Shown: one piece after another, positions 41,489 through 52,388 of the stretch | Numbering within the stretch: the stretch's first letter is position 1 | Layout: each line of letters opens with the position of its first letter | Assembly (NCBI GenBank): GCA_963728565.1 | Contig: CAVSLC010000020.1 | Span: 1 to 64,000 of the forward strand | DNA: 64,000 nt | Direction of reading: 5' to 3' | DNA from: an uncultured delta proteobacterium | GTDB lineage: Bacteria; Desulfobacterota; Binatia; UBA9968 | Notes under the pieces: generated by a model | The model's database searches: none | The model's input: only the letters and a program-made list of their open reading frames with translations | What the model was told of the DNA's origin: nothing | Translations under genes and position numbers: made by a program

Positions 41489-41876
41489 TCAATCGCCGCC
41501 CTTCGCAGGGGTAAACTCGATCCCGCTAACGTAATTTTTTTCGCCTTTTTTGGTGTACTGCACGGTTGCCGATGACCCTAAACCGATATCGGCCATCTTT
41601 GCATCCTTAGCCTTCAGTTCGGTAACTTTTGTCTTCTGATCGAAATCAACTGTGACCAACTTGCCTTCCTTGGTGACCACGATCATATAGTTCTTTTCAG
41701 TATCCAATAAGCCTATATCGCCGGAAACTTTTTCCGCTTTGGCTTTCTCGGCCTTTTCACCTTCCGCTTTCTTTGCGCCTTCTGCCTTCTTCTCGCCTTC
41801 CTGCGCCAAAATTGGCGAGGCCAATGAGAGTGCGCACAGGATACTTAGAGCCCGCACTGCATTATTGTGTCTTCAT
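41489..41876 (-). CDS. Exported small beta-rich protein (KGGD family copy 1, signal peptide type)
   Basis: Signal ...SPILAQE, core GDIGLLDTEKNY...DIGLGSSATV...KGGD; RBS+ATG at 41876 is out of frame with the 41857 ORF, probable indel. Confidence 0.7.
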
Positions 41877-41929
41877 AAAATCGATCCTTTCCAATCATAT
41901 ATTACATAGACCGTAAGAGTTACCGCGGC

Positions 41930-42412
41930 TCAATCCCCACCCTTGGCTGGGGTGAATTCCACGCTTTTGGCGATATTTTTATCGCCCTGCTTGGTATATT
42001 CAACTGTTGCTGAAGAGCCGAGTCCAATATCCGCTATCTTGCTCGGAGTAGGATCGATTTGAGTCGCTTTCGTCTTGGCATCGTAATCCAGCGTGATCAG
42101 CTTACCTTCTTTGGTTACTAGAATCAGGTAATTTTTCTCGGTATCGAGTAATCCGATATCGCCTCGCGCCTTCTCTGCCTTCGCCTTGGCTTCACCCTTA
42201 GCGTCGCCTTTGGCTTCGCCCTTTGACTCGGCCTTTGCCGTCGTAGTTTCAGCTTTCGCCTTGGACTCAGCTTTTGCTTCAGCTTTAGCCGGCGCCGCCG
42301 CAGGTGCCGCCGCGGGCTTGGAAGCCATTTCGTCTTGTGTTGAACAAGAAGAGATAGCAAAAGCCACCGCAACCGCCGCCGCAGCACTACTGATCGAAAA
42401 CAAATCCTTCAT
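41930..42412 (-). CDS. Lipoprotein, KGGD family copy 2
   Basis: Lipobox ISSC, Ala/Lys/Glu/Pro linker, same conserved core ending KGGD. Confidence 0.75.
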   Translation of the reverse strand: MKDLFSISSAAAAVAVAFAISSCSTQDEMASKPAAAPAAAPAKAEAKAESKAKAETTTAKAESKGEAKGDAKGEAKAKAEKARGDIGLLDTEKNYLILVTKEGKLITLDYDAKTKATQIDPTPSKIADIGLGSSATVEYTKQGDKNIAKSVEFTPAKGGD

Positions 42413-42645
42413 TGTTGCCTCCCTAGAACATAGTTAACCGGTAAAAATAGACTCGATAATTATCGTGAGCGTTGATTCATCTCAATACGCTATAGGTATG
42501 GTTTTAGTCGCGCCGATCCGGCTCACTGGCGGTAAATTCAAACTATAGTCTTAGGACGACACGAGCAGGATTACCACGTTGGCATGTTAGTTTATTTCGT
42601 GTATTTTCGCTGGCGTAGGCAAATGTTCCCTAAGGAGCGAGTGCA

Positions 42646-43350
42646 ATGATGCCGATCAAAGTTGTGATTGCTGATGACCACGCGCTTTTCAGAGATGGAC
42701 TCAGACGGATTCTTTCGCTCGAGAAAGACATCCTTGTCGTTGGCGAGGCGGCCAACGGTGACGATGTGATCAAAGTCGTCGAGCGGACAAAGCCGGATAT
42801 CTTGCTCCTGGATCTGAAAATGCCCAAGGGGGATGTTGTTCAAAATTTGCTGGAAGTCGGCGCTAAATACCCGTCAACGCGGGTAATCATTTTGACCGCC
42901 TTCTCGGAGGAGGAAAGTGTTTTGAATGCGGCGAAAGGCGGCGCCAAAGGTTTCGTTCCAAAGGGCGTGCCCTCCACTACCTTGCTTCAAGCAATCAAGG
43001 CGGTGCACCAGGGCGCTTCTTGGACGGATAAGGAGATACCCTCATGGGAAACTTTCGAGGAGATTGCTCAGGGCCAGTCACTTGCCCGTGAAGCGCCGAC
43101 TCAGTTCGATGAGAGTATTAGAAGTCTTACTAAACGAGAAATGGAAATACTCCGGTTGGTGGCCGAAGGTCTTACTAATGAGGAGATCGGCAAGAAAATT
43201 TTTATTAGTGAGAAGACGGTGAAGACTCACCTGACCAATATCTTCGATAAGTTGAAAGTTAATAACCGCTTCAAGGCTGCTCTGATGCTGATGGGCCAGT
43301 CAGGTGAGACTAACACACCCAATTGGACTAGAAGCGGTCGAGGCCGTTAA
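42646..43350 (+). CDS. NarL/LuxR-family response regulator
   Basis: IADDH, LLDLKMP, LTKREMEIL...GLTNEEI...ISEKTVKTHLTNIF. Confidence 0.92.
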   Translation: MMPIKVVIADDHALFRDGLRRILSLEKDILVVGEAANGDDVIKVVERTKPDILLLDLKMPKGDVVQNLLEVGAKYPSTRVIILTAFSEEESVLNAAKGGAKGFVPKGVPSTTLLQAIKAVHQGASWTDKEIPSWETFEEIAQGQSLAREAPTQFDESIRSLTKREMEILRLVAEGLTNEEIGKKIFISEKTVKTHLTNIFDKLKVNNRFKAALMLMGQSGETNTPNWTRSGRGR

Positions 43351-44641
43351 CGATCTCGAACTTCAAAAGCAATGTCTCGCGCCACGCCCTCCACGAGGGA
43401 TACTGATTACTCCCGAGGAGGGATGGCTCTTACAACGAGAGAAACTTTTGGCTTGGCTCCGGGTGGCTTTCGCCATCGTTGCGGTAGTCGTCATACAGCT
43501 TAACCCTTCGCGCACGGCGCGCTTTCCGACGCTTTCAGTTTTTTCCCTGTGGTCCTTCTTAGCCTATAGCCTGTTTATTTTAGAGTTAGTTCGCCGGCAA
43601 AAGGTAGCCTCCAAGAAGATTGGGATCATTACCACTTGCTTTGATTCAATATGGATTTTTTTGATCGTGTTTTCCACCGGCGGTACCCGGACACCATTTT
43701 TTTTCTATTTCTCGTTCCCGATCCTTGCTGCGAGCCTACGCTGGGGAACCAAAGGAAGCGTCTTGGTCGCCTTGGTCGGGGTTACTCTCTATGGTTTGAT
43801 CCGCTTTAGTATGGCTGCGGAAAGCTTTGAGACGCCGATGGGCATCGACACCTTGCTCGTGCGCAGCTTATATCTCATTGTTCTGGCCTATATCTTCGGT
43901 TTTGTCAGCGAATTCGAGAAGAGGCAGAACCAAAGGCTGCTCGCGCTCTCCGACACAGCCGTCAAGGCTGCGGCAATCCAGGAGAGGCGCAGAATCACAT
44001 ACGAACTCCACGATGGCATTCTGCAATCTCTAGCGACGATCATCCTGAGACTTGAAAGCTGTCGCAGCCGGCTTATCGACTCTCAAAAGGACTTGCGCCA
44101 GGAAATCGAAGACATTGAAAATTTCACCAGAAATTCAATGACGGAAATCAGGAATTTTCTGGCCGGCAAAGAGACCCAGCCGTTAACGCCGGGAACGCTG
44201 ATAGAAAAGCTCCGAGACGAACTTAAGTTCCTGCAACAGAGCTTGGGATTGGAAGTAATCCTCGAGAGTAAACCGGATGACCCGAGCCTGCCGGATTACA
44301 TCGAGCGCGAAGTCTATTATGCCCTACGAGAAGCATTGACCAACGTCACCAAACACTCGCATGCCTCTCGGGTTGAGATTCAAATTACCCAGGCCCCGGA
44401 CCTGCTCGAGGCATCGCTCAAGGACAACGGTGTGGGATTTGATCAAGACAATCAGAAAAACCGCAGCCGACTGGGTTTGTCGGGCATGGGAGACAGAATA
44501 AAAAAGATCGGGGGACGACTAAACATAAAGTCATCCCCCGGTTTAGGGACTATGGTTATGTTAGCCATCCCCTTGGTTGAAACAAGAAAATCTATCCCAA
44601 TCGAAACATTGTCAGACAATCAAACGGGCGCGAACTCGTGA
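43304..44641 (+). CDS. Membrane sensor histidine kinase, HisKA_3 type
   Basis: About six TM helices, ERRRITYELHD, REALTNVTKH, DNGVGF, GLSGM; start uncertain. Confidence 0.88.
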   Translation: MRLTHPIGLEAVEAVNDLELQKQCLAPRPPRGILITPEEGWLLQREKLLAWLRVAFAIVAVVVIQLNPSRTARFPTLSVFSLWSFLAYSLFILELVRRQKVASKKIGIITTCFDSIWIFLIVFSTGGTRTPFFFYFSFPILAASLRWGTKGSVLVALVGVTLYGLIRFSMAAESFETPMGIDTLLVRSLYLIVLAYIFGFVSEFEKRQNQRLLALSDTAVKAAAIQERRRITYELHDGILQSLATIILRLESCRSRLIDSQKDLRQEIEDIENFTRNSMTEIRNFLAGKETQPLTPGTLIEKLRDELKFLQQSLGLEVILESKPDDPSLPDYIEREVYYALREALTNVTKHSHASRVEIQITQAPDLLEASLKDNGVGFDQDNQKNRSRLGLSGMGDRIKKIGGRLNIKSSPGLGTMVMLAIPLVETRKSIPIETLSDNQTGANS

Positions 44642-44700
44642 CTAACTTGGACTTGGGCAAGAGCTTATTCAAGCGAGTAACCAGCCATTTTTCTCGGTAC

Positions 44701-45066
44701 TTAATCGCCACCCTTCTTAACTACATATTCAATGCCGGTGAGATAGTTCTTGTCACCTTTTTTGGTGTATGCCACCGAAGCCGCCGAACCTAGGCCGATA
44801 TCCGCCATCTTCGCGGACTTCGGCACCAGCTGTGTAACCTTAGTCTTTTCGTTGAAGTCCACCGTCACCAACTTGCCGTCTTTGGTAACGACAATCATAT
44901 AGTTCTTCTCGGTATCCAATAGCCCGATATCGCCGGCAACCTTTTCCGCCTTGGCTTTTTCTGTCTTGCCTTTTTCTGCGTTCTTTTCCTGGGCCGCTAT
45001 GGGAGGCGCGACAAATAGCGCCATGAAAATTGCCCAACCAAACATGCTCTTCGATTCAAGTCTCAT
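44701..45066 (-). CDS. Exported small protein, KGGD family copy 3
   Basis: GAGGAGG RBS, signal ...PPIAAQE, conserved core ending KGGD. Confidence 0.75.
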   Translation of the reverse strand: MRLESKSMFGWAIFMALFVAPPIAAQEKNAEKGKTEKAKAEKVAGDIGLLDTEKNYMIVVTKDGKLVTVDFNEKTKVTQLVPKSAKMADIGLGSAASVAYTKKGDKNYLTGIEYVVKKGGD

Positions 45067-45100
45067 AAAATCCCTCCTCATTAGCTCGTTCACCTGATGA

Positions 45101-45535
45101 TTAATCGCCACCTTTGGCGGCTTTGAACTCGACTCCGCTGGCGATATTCTTGTCTTTCTGTTTTGTATACGTGACCGTCGCTGACGAGCCCAGACCTACA
45201 TCCGCGATCTTAGCCGGGGTTGGAGTCACTTGCGTCACTTTGGTTTTTTGATCGAAATCCAACGTGACCAGCTTGCCTTCTTTGGTCACGAGAATCAGAT
45301 AGTTCTTCTCGGTATCGATGAGGCCGATATCGCCTTTAGCTTTTTCGGCCTTAACTTTAGCCTCAGCCTTTGCCTCGGTCTTGGCTCCGGTTTCGGCCTT
45401 AGTTTCGGCTTTAGTTGCAGGTGTCGCGGGCGCTGCCGTGGGCTTACCTACCCGCTCTTCTTGAGTTGAACACGACGCCAAAGCTAGCAGCATAGCCCCG
45501 GCAATGACTCCAGTTCCCGGAAACGCACTTTTCAT
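45101..45535 (-). CDS. Lipoprotein, KGGD family copy 4
   Basis: Lipobox LASC, low-complexity linker, conserved core ending KGGD. Confidence 0.75.
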   Translation of the reverse strand: MKSAFPGTGVIAGAMLLALASCSTQEERVGKPTAAPATPATKAETKAETGAKTEAKAEAKVKAEKAKGDIGLIDTEKNYLILVTKEGKLVTLDFDQKTKVTQVTPTPAKIADVGLGSSATVTYTKQKDKNIASGVEFKAAKGGD

Positions 45536-45862
45536 CTTTCTATCCTCCCCGTTTGTCAGACTAAAGTCGAAGTTAGTAAACCATTAGTCGTATACTTTAC
45601 GCCGTGATGCCTTGTCAAGCGATTAAGATGAACTCAAAGGAATTTTCGCGACGTATGAACCGCGCCAGGCGCCGATCTGTGCTACGGCCGGAAATGGCGC
45701 CGGCTTACGTTTAAACCAGACGAATATAACGATGTCGATGGGCGATGAATGTTAAGTCGACAGTTTGACGACGGCACCGAAGTTTCCGCTTCTGGCGATC
45801 TGCTTTAAAGTTCGCTCATGAAACAATTAAAATGTGTGGCCGCCGGCATCTTTTTGAGACAC

Positions 45863-45899
45863 AAAAAAGGGGGGAGTCCATTCTGACTCCCCCCTTTTT
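45863..45899 (-). terminator. Rho-independent terminator after barrel gene 1
   Basis: AAAAAAGGGGGGAGTC-CATTCT-GACTCCCCCCTTTTT. Confidence 0.8.
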
Positions 45900-45921
45900 C
45901 GTTCGAGAGCGGTTACACGTC

Positions 45922-47449
45922 CTAGAACGTGTAGCGCCAGTTCAGAAACAGTGTATGCCAATCCCCGCCTTTGCCATTTCGGCATCCCGTAGCAGGGGTA
46001 ACATTCGGTGTATCGCAAACTCCGAGATTATGCGCTGCCTGGTTGGCCCCGTTGCGCAAGTTCGACGCATCGTACCAGAGCCAGTTGACACCAATGCTCA
46101 TGCGCGGCGCCAGAAAGTACCACAGATCCACCTCGCGCAGGAGTATCCGGTTGCGGTGGAATTGGTTCAGCATAGCATTTCCGCCCGCAGCCACGACGCT
46201 GGCGCAAGTGATCCCGGTGTTGCCGTTACAACCCACTTCCATATCAACCCGCTCGAAGTGGGTGCCGACGAGGATCGATCCCGGAGTGTTGGCAGAGCCT
46301 GTCAGAAAACCCTTGGGGCTCCACAGAAAAAGATCATGACCGATCAACCAACTGTCACCCTTCTTGCGGCCTGGCGTGCCGCCGCGATCTTCACTTCTCT
46401 GGCGATGAGCCATGGCGCGCAACGTATAGGGACCGATGTTCCAGATAAATCCTGGCGTAAGGGCGATATGAAGGCCATCACCAATGGAGTCGGCGCCGCT
46501 GTCAAACAAGGCCTGGCGACCGCCATCGCCATGATCCTGAATGCGGTAACGGGAGCAACCGTTATCTTGGGCGCGATTATCGGCATTACAGAACCATGCG
46601 CCCATTTCGAAAGCCAGTCCGCGGATCCACATGTTCTTGGTTTGCGAGAACGGCTGGAAATTGATGTAAGTATTGAAATCCTTGCGATCGGTAAAGCTGC
46701 TTAATCCGTCGTCACCCTCGGCAATATTTCCCATACCGATATTGAAACGGCTGATCCGGCCGGGAATGCCGATACCCGAAAGTGATCTGTCGTCCCAGAA
46801 TAACGAGATACCATTGCCGGTGCGGCCGGTATTGAAACCGTTGTTGCGCGTGTGCAGATCGTACTCAGCCTGCGAGCCCGTTGCGCTGGAACCCTGGCGC
46901 GCGGTGCTCATGCTGTTCTGCACTTCCATGCCCAGCTGCACCGTCGGCAAAAATGGATTCAGGTTTTCGAGATGGATGTTAAGAGCGCCGCGCTGCAGAA
47001 TCGAGCCGACACCCGTCGCCGTCGCGTTCTTCCCATTGCCGGTGCCGAAACCGTCTAGGTCGATAGTTGCCTCGAGCTCCCACAAGCAGTTGTTGATGCA
47101 GTAAAAGAACCCCGGCCGAAAACGGCGGCCCATGATCTCGCCGTTGGTGCGGCCGACTTGGTCCCGCCCTTCTTCGAAAAGCATCCGGTAAGTAAGTTTC
47201 CAATGTCGCGCGGAAAGACCATGACTTGTCCGCCGCTTCGATGTTGAGACCGTTACCCGGACGGTAGCTAAAACTCGGCATCGCCGCTGCCGCCTCAGTT
47301 GCCTCCTTCTTCAGCTCGATCTGCTGCTCTTTTAACTGCATCAGCTCTTGCTCAAGCGCCTGGATCTTTTGATCCACGTTTTGCGCAAGGGCCGGGGCAG
47401 CCAAAAGGAACGCAGATAGCATTCCCAATCCCAAAAACCTCTTCTTCAT
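45922..47449 (-). CDS. Outer-membrane beta-barrel/porin (OprO/P-like architecture), frameshifted near 47190
   Basis: Signal peptide, N-terminal coiled coil, amphipathic beta strands, C-terminal LNWRYTF; paralog of 54416..55894. Confidence 0.65.
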
Positions 47450-47507
47450 TTTGCCTCCTTTTGCCTCCTGGTTATTTTTGGTACATCGTTAGTACTACTG
47501 ACCGCGT

Positions 47508-47557
47508 CTTTTAACTTACTCGCCAAAACCTGTCAAGCCTAAAGTTGTACTTTAGCC
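47508..47557 (-). promoter_or_regulatory. Promoter with upstream operator boxes, barrel gene 1
   Basis: Minus strand TTGACA-N17-TAAAAG; plus-strand GCCTAAAGTT (47537) and TACTTTAGCC (47548) abut the -35. Confidence 0.6.
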
Positions 47558-47787
47558 AAAGGCTGCAGGTAAGTGATTAAGACATAGGTAGTTAATTGAC
47601 CGGTTGTGCGGCCGCGATAGCGGCTTGGAGTGAGGCGAAAGGTTTAGATATAGAGTCCTTTGCGTTGAGGCACCCGCCGAACAACCGATGCGAGGAAAGA
47701 AGAGGATCATGCTGGCACATGGTTATTGAACATCTATTAATTCAAGCGCGTTGAGATTTCGCTATCTGCCGGTTAGAGTCGGCTAGT

Positions 47788-48549
47788 ATGCTGGCGAAAA
47801 GAATCATCCCATGCTTGGATGTTAAGGAAGGAAGAGTTGTCAAAGGCGTGAACTTTTTGGAACTTCGCGACGCCGGCGATCCGGTTGAGATTGCCCGCCA
47901 GTATGACAAAGAAGGAGCCGATGAACTTTGTTTTCTCGATATAACGGCGTCGCATCAACAGCGAAGAATCATTCTCGATGTCGTCGCCCACACTGCCGAA
48001 CAGGTTTTCATGCCTCTCACCGTTGGCGGTGGAATCAACACCCTGGAAGATATTCGCAATTTGCTACATGCCGGCGCCGATAAAGTTTCGATCAACACGG
48101 GAGCGGTCAATCGTCCGGAATTTGTTCGAGAGGCGGCGGAAGTATTCGGCAGCCAGTGCATCGTCGTTGCCATTGATGCCAAGCGGGTTGATGATCATTG
48201 GGAGGTCTTCACTCATGGCGGAAGGAATCCCACAGGATTGGATGCCGGTGAGTGGGCCGAGCGGATGGAAAAATTCGGCGCAGGAGAGATTCTTCTTACC
48301 AGCATGGACCGCGACGGCACCAAAGCCGGTTACGATCTTGGCTTGACCCGGACGATTTCAGACCGTCTGTCGATTCCCGTGATCGCCTCGGGCGGCGTGG
48401 GAAACTTGGATCACATCTACCAGGGATTTGCCGTGGGAAATGCCAGCGCAGCGCTGGCCGCTTCTATCTTTCACTACCGCGAATACTCAGTAATAGAATG
48501 TAAAAATTATCTGCACGACCGCGGCATTCCCGTACGGCTGCCCAATTAA
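47788..48549 (+). CDS. hisF: Imidazole glycerol phosphate synthase subunit HisF
   Basis: [45 protein letters not shown]. Confidence 0.97.
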   Translation: MLAKRIIPCLDVKEGRVVKGVNFLELRDAGDPVEIARQYDKEGADELCFLDITASHQQRRIILDVVAHTAEQVFMPLTVGGGINTLEDIRNLLHAGADKVSINTGAVNRPEFVREAAEVFGSQCIVVAIDAKRVDDHWEVFTHGGRNPTGLDAGEWAERMEKFGAGEILLTSMDRDGTKAGYDLGLTRTISDRLSIPVIASGGVGNLDHIYQGFAVGNASAALAASIFHYREYSVIECKNYLHDRGIPVRLPN

Positions 48550-48618
48550 TCAAACGATAAACAAGATACTTGACTCACCTAAGCTGCTATGACGGCCGGC
48601 CTGACAGGGGAACCTAGG

Positions 48619-48795
48619 TTCAATGTCTTTTCGCATTCTTGGATTCTTCTCGGGGATTCCCAATGGCGGAGCGTCGATCGAGGATCTCTCTCGCCGTTGG
48701 CGGGGGAAGTTCTGCATCATCTTTCATGCATCTGGCGCATCCCGACCAAACACCAGAAGTACTAAGCGGCAATAGAAATAGTCCAGCGAGTATTT
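48619..48795 (-). pseudogene. Possible remnant of a SHOCT-domain membrane protein
   Basis: Minus strand reads ILAGLFLLPL...PTAREILDRRSAIG.PREE, and after a shift RMRKDIE; no intact start. Confidence 0.3.
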
Positions 48796-49008
48796 TTTTT
48801 CTGATGCTTTCTTCTCCGATACTTATTTACATCACGTTTGTCTCAAGCTCGTTGCGGGGAACGGCAAGCAGTCGCTTGTCAGATCCTCGAAGCCGTCAAA
48901 CCGTGATCGCGGATCAATTTTTGGGCGGTTTTGCCATTGTAGTTCTGATCCACATCGCAGCAAGCCACTCATCAAGAGAGATTAGGTACTGGGGCGATAG
49001 ATATGTTG

Positions 49009-49380
49009 CTAGTTCAGGCCAAAAATGAAATAGCCAATTATGACGATCCCAAACACTGCTACGAGCACATTAGTATACGCTCCTATGTTGACCCAGTAGC
49101 CCTCTGGAATTTCGACCGGCTTGAGAGTCTTAAGGACACTTCGGTACTGAAGCACGGAAAGCACGGCCACCACGACACCAAAAAGAATGAAAGAAGCGCC
49201 TACCCAGAATGATCCGTTCCGCCGCGCATGATCGCCTTGAGCTAAAAGGAACATGTGCAGAAAAAGCCCGAATCGCTCTATGGCAAATCCGAACGCCATT
49301 AACGCAACCGCCGTACGCGTCCAGGCCATTAGCGTTCGTTCAGCGGCGAAGAACACTCTCGGGTCATTTAAGTCGGACAT
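49009..49380 (-). CDS. DUF202 (YidH-like) membrane protein
   Basis: DPRVFFAAERTLMAWTRT..ALMAFGF. Confidence 0.85.
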   Translation of the reverse strand: MSDLNDPRVFFAAERTLMAWTRTAVALMAFGFAIERFGLFLHMFLLAQGDHARRNGSFWVGASFILFGVVVAVLSVLQYRSVLKTLKPVEIPEGYWVNIGAYTNVLVAVFGIVIIGYFIFGLN

Positions 49381-49403
49381 AATCTCGCATTTTATACCGC
49401 TTT

Positions 49404-50597
49404 TTAAAAAAGCATTTTTTTTCTCGGCGGGTCAAAAAAAGGCGGTTTGACTGTAGAAACTCTCACCTTTTTTCGCTCGTGCTCCACCGTCGTTTCCATC
49501 TGGAGCATGGTTCCGGGCTTTGCGTGTTCGCTCTTGATGGTGGCCAAGGCGATGTATTTTTTCACACTCGGCGACCACGCGCCTGTTGTCGCTTGTCCGA
49601 CCTGAAGATCGCCCTTGTAAAGCGGAATACCGCCTCTCCAAGCGGCTGCTGGGACATGCGGCGGAAGTCCCACCTTCTGATAGAGATTTTCGTAATCGCG
49701 CCAATCGACCTCTACTCCGGTAATCTGACGTGGCGCATCCTTGCCGTCCGAATGACGCAGCTGCTTGCTACCGACGAAAAAATCCTTCGCAAGATCCACC
49801 GTCCAGCCTAACCCAATCTCGAACGGAGAGTACTTCTGCGACTCAATCAGCGCCTTTTCCGCGCCGACATAGTCGACCTCGAGTAAAATGAAACCCGCTT
49901 CGAGACGAGCGACGTCGAGCGCAAGCATTCCCGCTGCTTTAAGGCCGTATGGCTTCCCCTTATCGGTGAGGACGTCCCATACACGCTCTGCATCAGCGGC
50001 AGGCAGCCATATTTCATATCCAAGGTCACCGGTGTAACCGGTGCGGGAAATGGTGACTGGAACTCCGGCGAAATCGGCTGGCGTTAAGCGGAAAAACTTT
50101 AACTTAGCCAAATCGGCATCGACAATCTCGGTTAAAATTTTCAAGGCATTGGGTCCCTGCAACGCAAGCGCCGCTATCCGCTCCGATACCTCTTCGATCG
50201 AGACCGACATCCCGCCGGCGTTGAGCTTCAGCCAACGCAGAGCCGGGTCGGCCAAGTGAAAACGAAACTGATCCTCACCCAACCGAAACACCGTGCCGTC
50301 CTGGATGACCTTCCCTTCGCCGTCACACAAGCAACCATAAACGGCCTGCCCTACGGCGCATTTGGCAACGTCTCGCGTGATCACCCGATTGACCAGCCGC
50401 AATGCATCTTTGCCCCGGACTTCGTATTTGAACAGCGGTGAGATATCTATCAGTCCAGCGGTGTTTCGTATCGCGTGATATTCGTAATCGTGCACCACAT
50501 CGTACGAGCTGGCCGCGAAGTATCCCGACCAGGTGCGCCAATTCTGACTGATGCAGAGCGCGGACGTCCGTGAGTGGAAAGCAGTTCCAATGGGCAT
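49404..50597 (-). CDS. GcvT-like aminomethyltransferase/folate-binding protein
   Basis: DISPL, ALQGP, SRTGYTGDLGYEIW, RLEAG, PFFDP. Confidence 0.85.
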   Translation of the reverse strand: MPIGTAFHSRTSALCISQNWRTWSGYFAASSYDVVHDYEYHAIRNTAGLIDISPLFKYEVRGKDALRLVNRVITRDVAKCAVGQAVYGCLCDGEGKVIQDGTVFRLGEDQFRFHLADPALRWLKLNAGGMSVSIEEVSERIAALALQGPNALKILTEIVDADLAKLKFFRLTPADFAGVPVTISRTGYTGDLGYEIWLPAADAERVWDVLTDKGKPYGLKAAGMLALDVARLEAGFILLEVDYVGAEKALIESQKYSPFEIGLGWTVDLAKDFFVGSKQLRHSDGKDAPRQITGVEVDWRDYENLYQKVGLPPHVPAAAWRGGIPLYKGDLQVGQATTGAWSPSVKKYIALATIKSEHAKPGTMLQMETTVEHERKKVRVSTVKPPFFDPPRKKMLF

Positions 50598-50791
50598 GGG
50601 ATGGAGGGACAGGTAATTGCGGCCGAGCAGGATAGTCGCTGATACGATCGCGCTTAACTCCGGGTGTGGTTAATCCAATCTGATCGATGTTACTTCGCCG
50701 ACTGCTCCGTCTCCAAGGCCTGTGAATTAAGTCGGCTCGTTGACTTCGTAGAGAAATTACCAAATATGTTCGTTTAAGCAAATCAATTAAA

Positions 50792-52382
50792 ATGACGACT
50801 TACGATGCGATTATCATTGGCGGCGGCCATAACGGTCTTGCTGCGGCCGCTTATCTTGCCAAAGCCGGAAAAAAAGTCCTGGTCTTGGAGCGCCGGCATG
50901 TCCTGGGTGGAGCCGCGGTTACCGAAGAACTCTATCCCGGTTTCAAATATTCCGTCTGTTCCTACGTAGTAAGCCTATTGCGGCCGGAGGTGATCCAGGA
51001 GCTCGAGCTGCCCAGATATGATCTCGAGATCATTCCTCTGGATAGCACGTTTACGCCGATGCCCAACGGCGACTATCTAGCCCGCTGGGGCGATCATGCC
51101 AGAACGCGTCGTGAGATCGCGCGTCATTCCGCCATCGATGCGGAAGCCTACGAAGAGTACGGCAAGCTCATGGTGCAGATGGCCATGGCGATCAAACCGA
51201 TGCTTGGCCTGATTCCTCCCGAGCCGACTTCGTGGAATCCGAAAGAGCTTTATGGACTCGCATCGCTGGGCAATCGTTTTCGCCGGCTCGGTGACAAACT
51301 AGTCTATGACCTGGCAAAGCTCATGACCATGAGCTCCGCCGATTTTCTCGACGAGTGGTTTGAGACCGAAGTGCTCAAGGCCACCATGTCCGCCAGCGGC
51401 ATCATCGGCACTTTCATGGGGCCAAGATCACCGGGCACGGCCTACGTACTGCTGCACCACTACATGGGTGAGCTCGACGGCGCGTTTCGATCCTGGGGTT
51501 TTGCCCGCGGCGGCACGGGTTCAATCAGCCGGGTGATCGCCGAGGCGGCGCGTCACTATGGCGCGGATATCAGAACTCAGGCTGCCGTCGATCAAGTGCT
51601 GATTAAAAACGGCCGAGCGGTCGGCGTAGCGCTCAGCACAGGCGAGGAGATCAAAGCTGCCGGTAATTGTCTCCAGCGTCGATCCCAAACGAACTTTCTT
51701 GAAGATGATCGATTCCGGTCATCTGGAGACAGAGTTTTTAACCAAGATAAACCAGTTTAAAATTCGCGGCTCATCGGCAAAGGTCAATCTCTCGCTTGAT
51801 GCGCTGCCAAATTTCACCAGCCTCCCTGGTGAAGGACCGCATCTGTCGGGCGCGATCTCGATCAGCCCCAGTATCGAGTACATCGAGCGCGCCTACGATG
51901 ATGCTAAGTACGGCGACTACTCACGACGTCCCTATATGGACATCATTATTCCGTCGACTCTGGATCCTTCGATGGCGCCGCCGGGTAAGCATGTCATGTC
52001 CGTGTTCGTGCAGTATGCCCCTTATCATTTAAAGAGTGGGACCTGGGCCGAGAAGCGCGAGCAATTCGGCGATACGGTGATAGACACGATTAGCGAATAC
52101 GCTCCCAATTTCAAAAATATCATCTTGCATCGCCAAATCGTCACGCCCTGGGATCTTGAAGAGGAATTCGGCCTCACCGAAGGAAACATCTTTCAGGGCG
52201 AGCTAACCCTCGACCAACTTTTCTTTCTAAGGCCGGTACCGGGTTGGAGCAAATACCGAACGCCGATTAAGAATCTTTACATGTGCGGCGCCTGTACGCA
52301 TCCGGGTGGAGGAGTGATGGCCGCATCGGGCCGCTTGGCAGCGCTGGAGATCTTAAAAGATGTAAAAAGGAGCTTCATCTAA
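50792..52382 (+). CDS. FAD-dependent oxidoreductase, phytoene desaturase/PYROXD2 family, frameshifted near 51660
   Basis: IGGGHNGL, LERR..LGG, TPWDLE...GNIFQG, YRTP..NLYMCG..THPGGGV. Confidence 0.85.
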
Positions 52383-52388
52383 ACCGCT

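Noticed and set aside
45832-46704. 290-aa plus-strand ORF and other long shadow ORFs (e.g. 12569..13264, 13895..14527, 37831..38409)
   Set aside because: Antisense to well-supported genes, with no recognisable motifs.
47788-48549. Isolated hisF as a sign of horizontal transfer
   Set aside because: Typical sequence and composition, scattered his genes are common, and no mobility signatures flank it.
49404-50597. Glycine cleavage system gcvT
   Set aside because: No gcvH/gcvP or recognisable glycine riboswitch adjacent; treated as a GcvT-like paralog.
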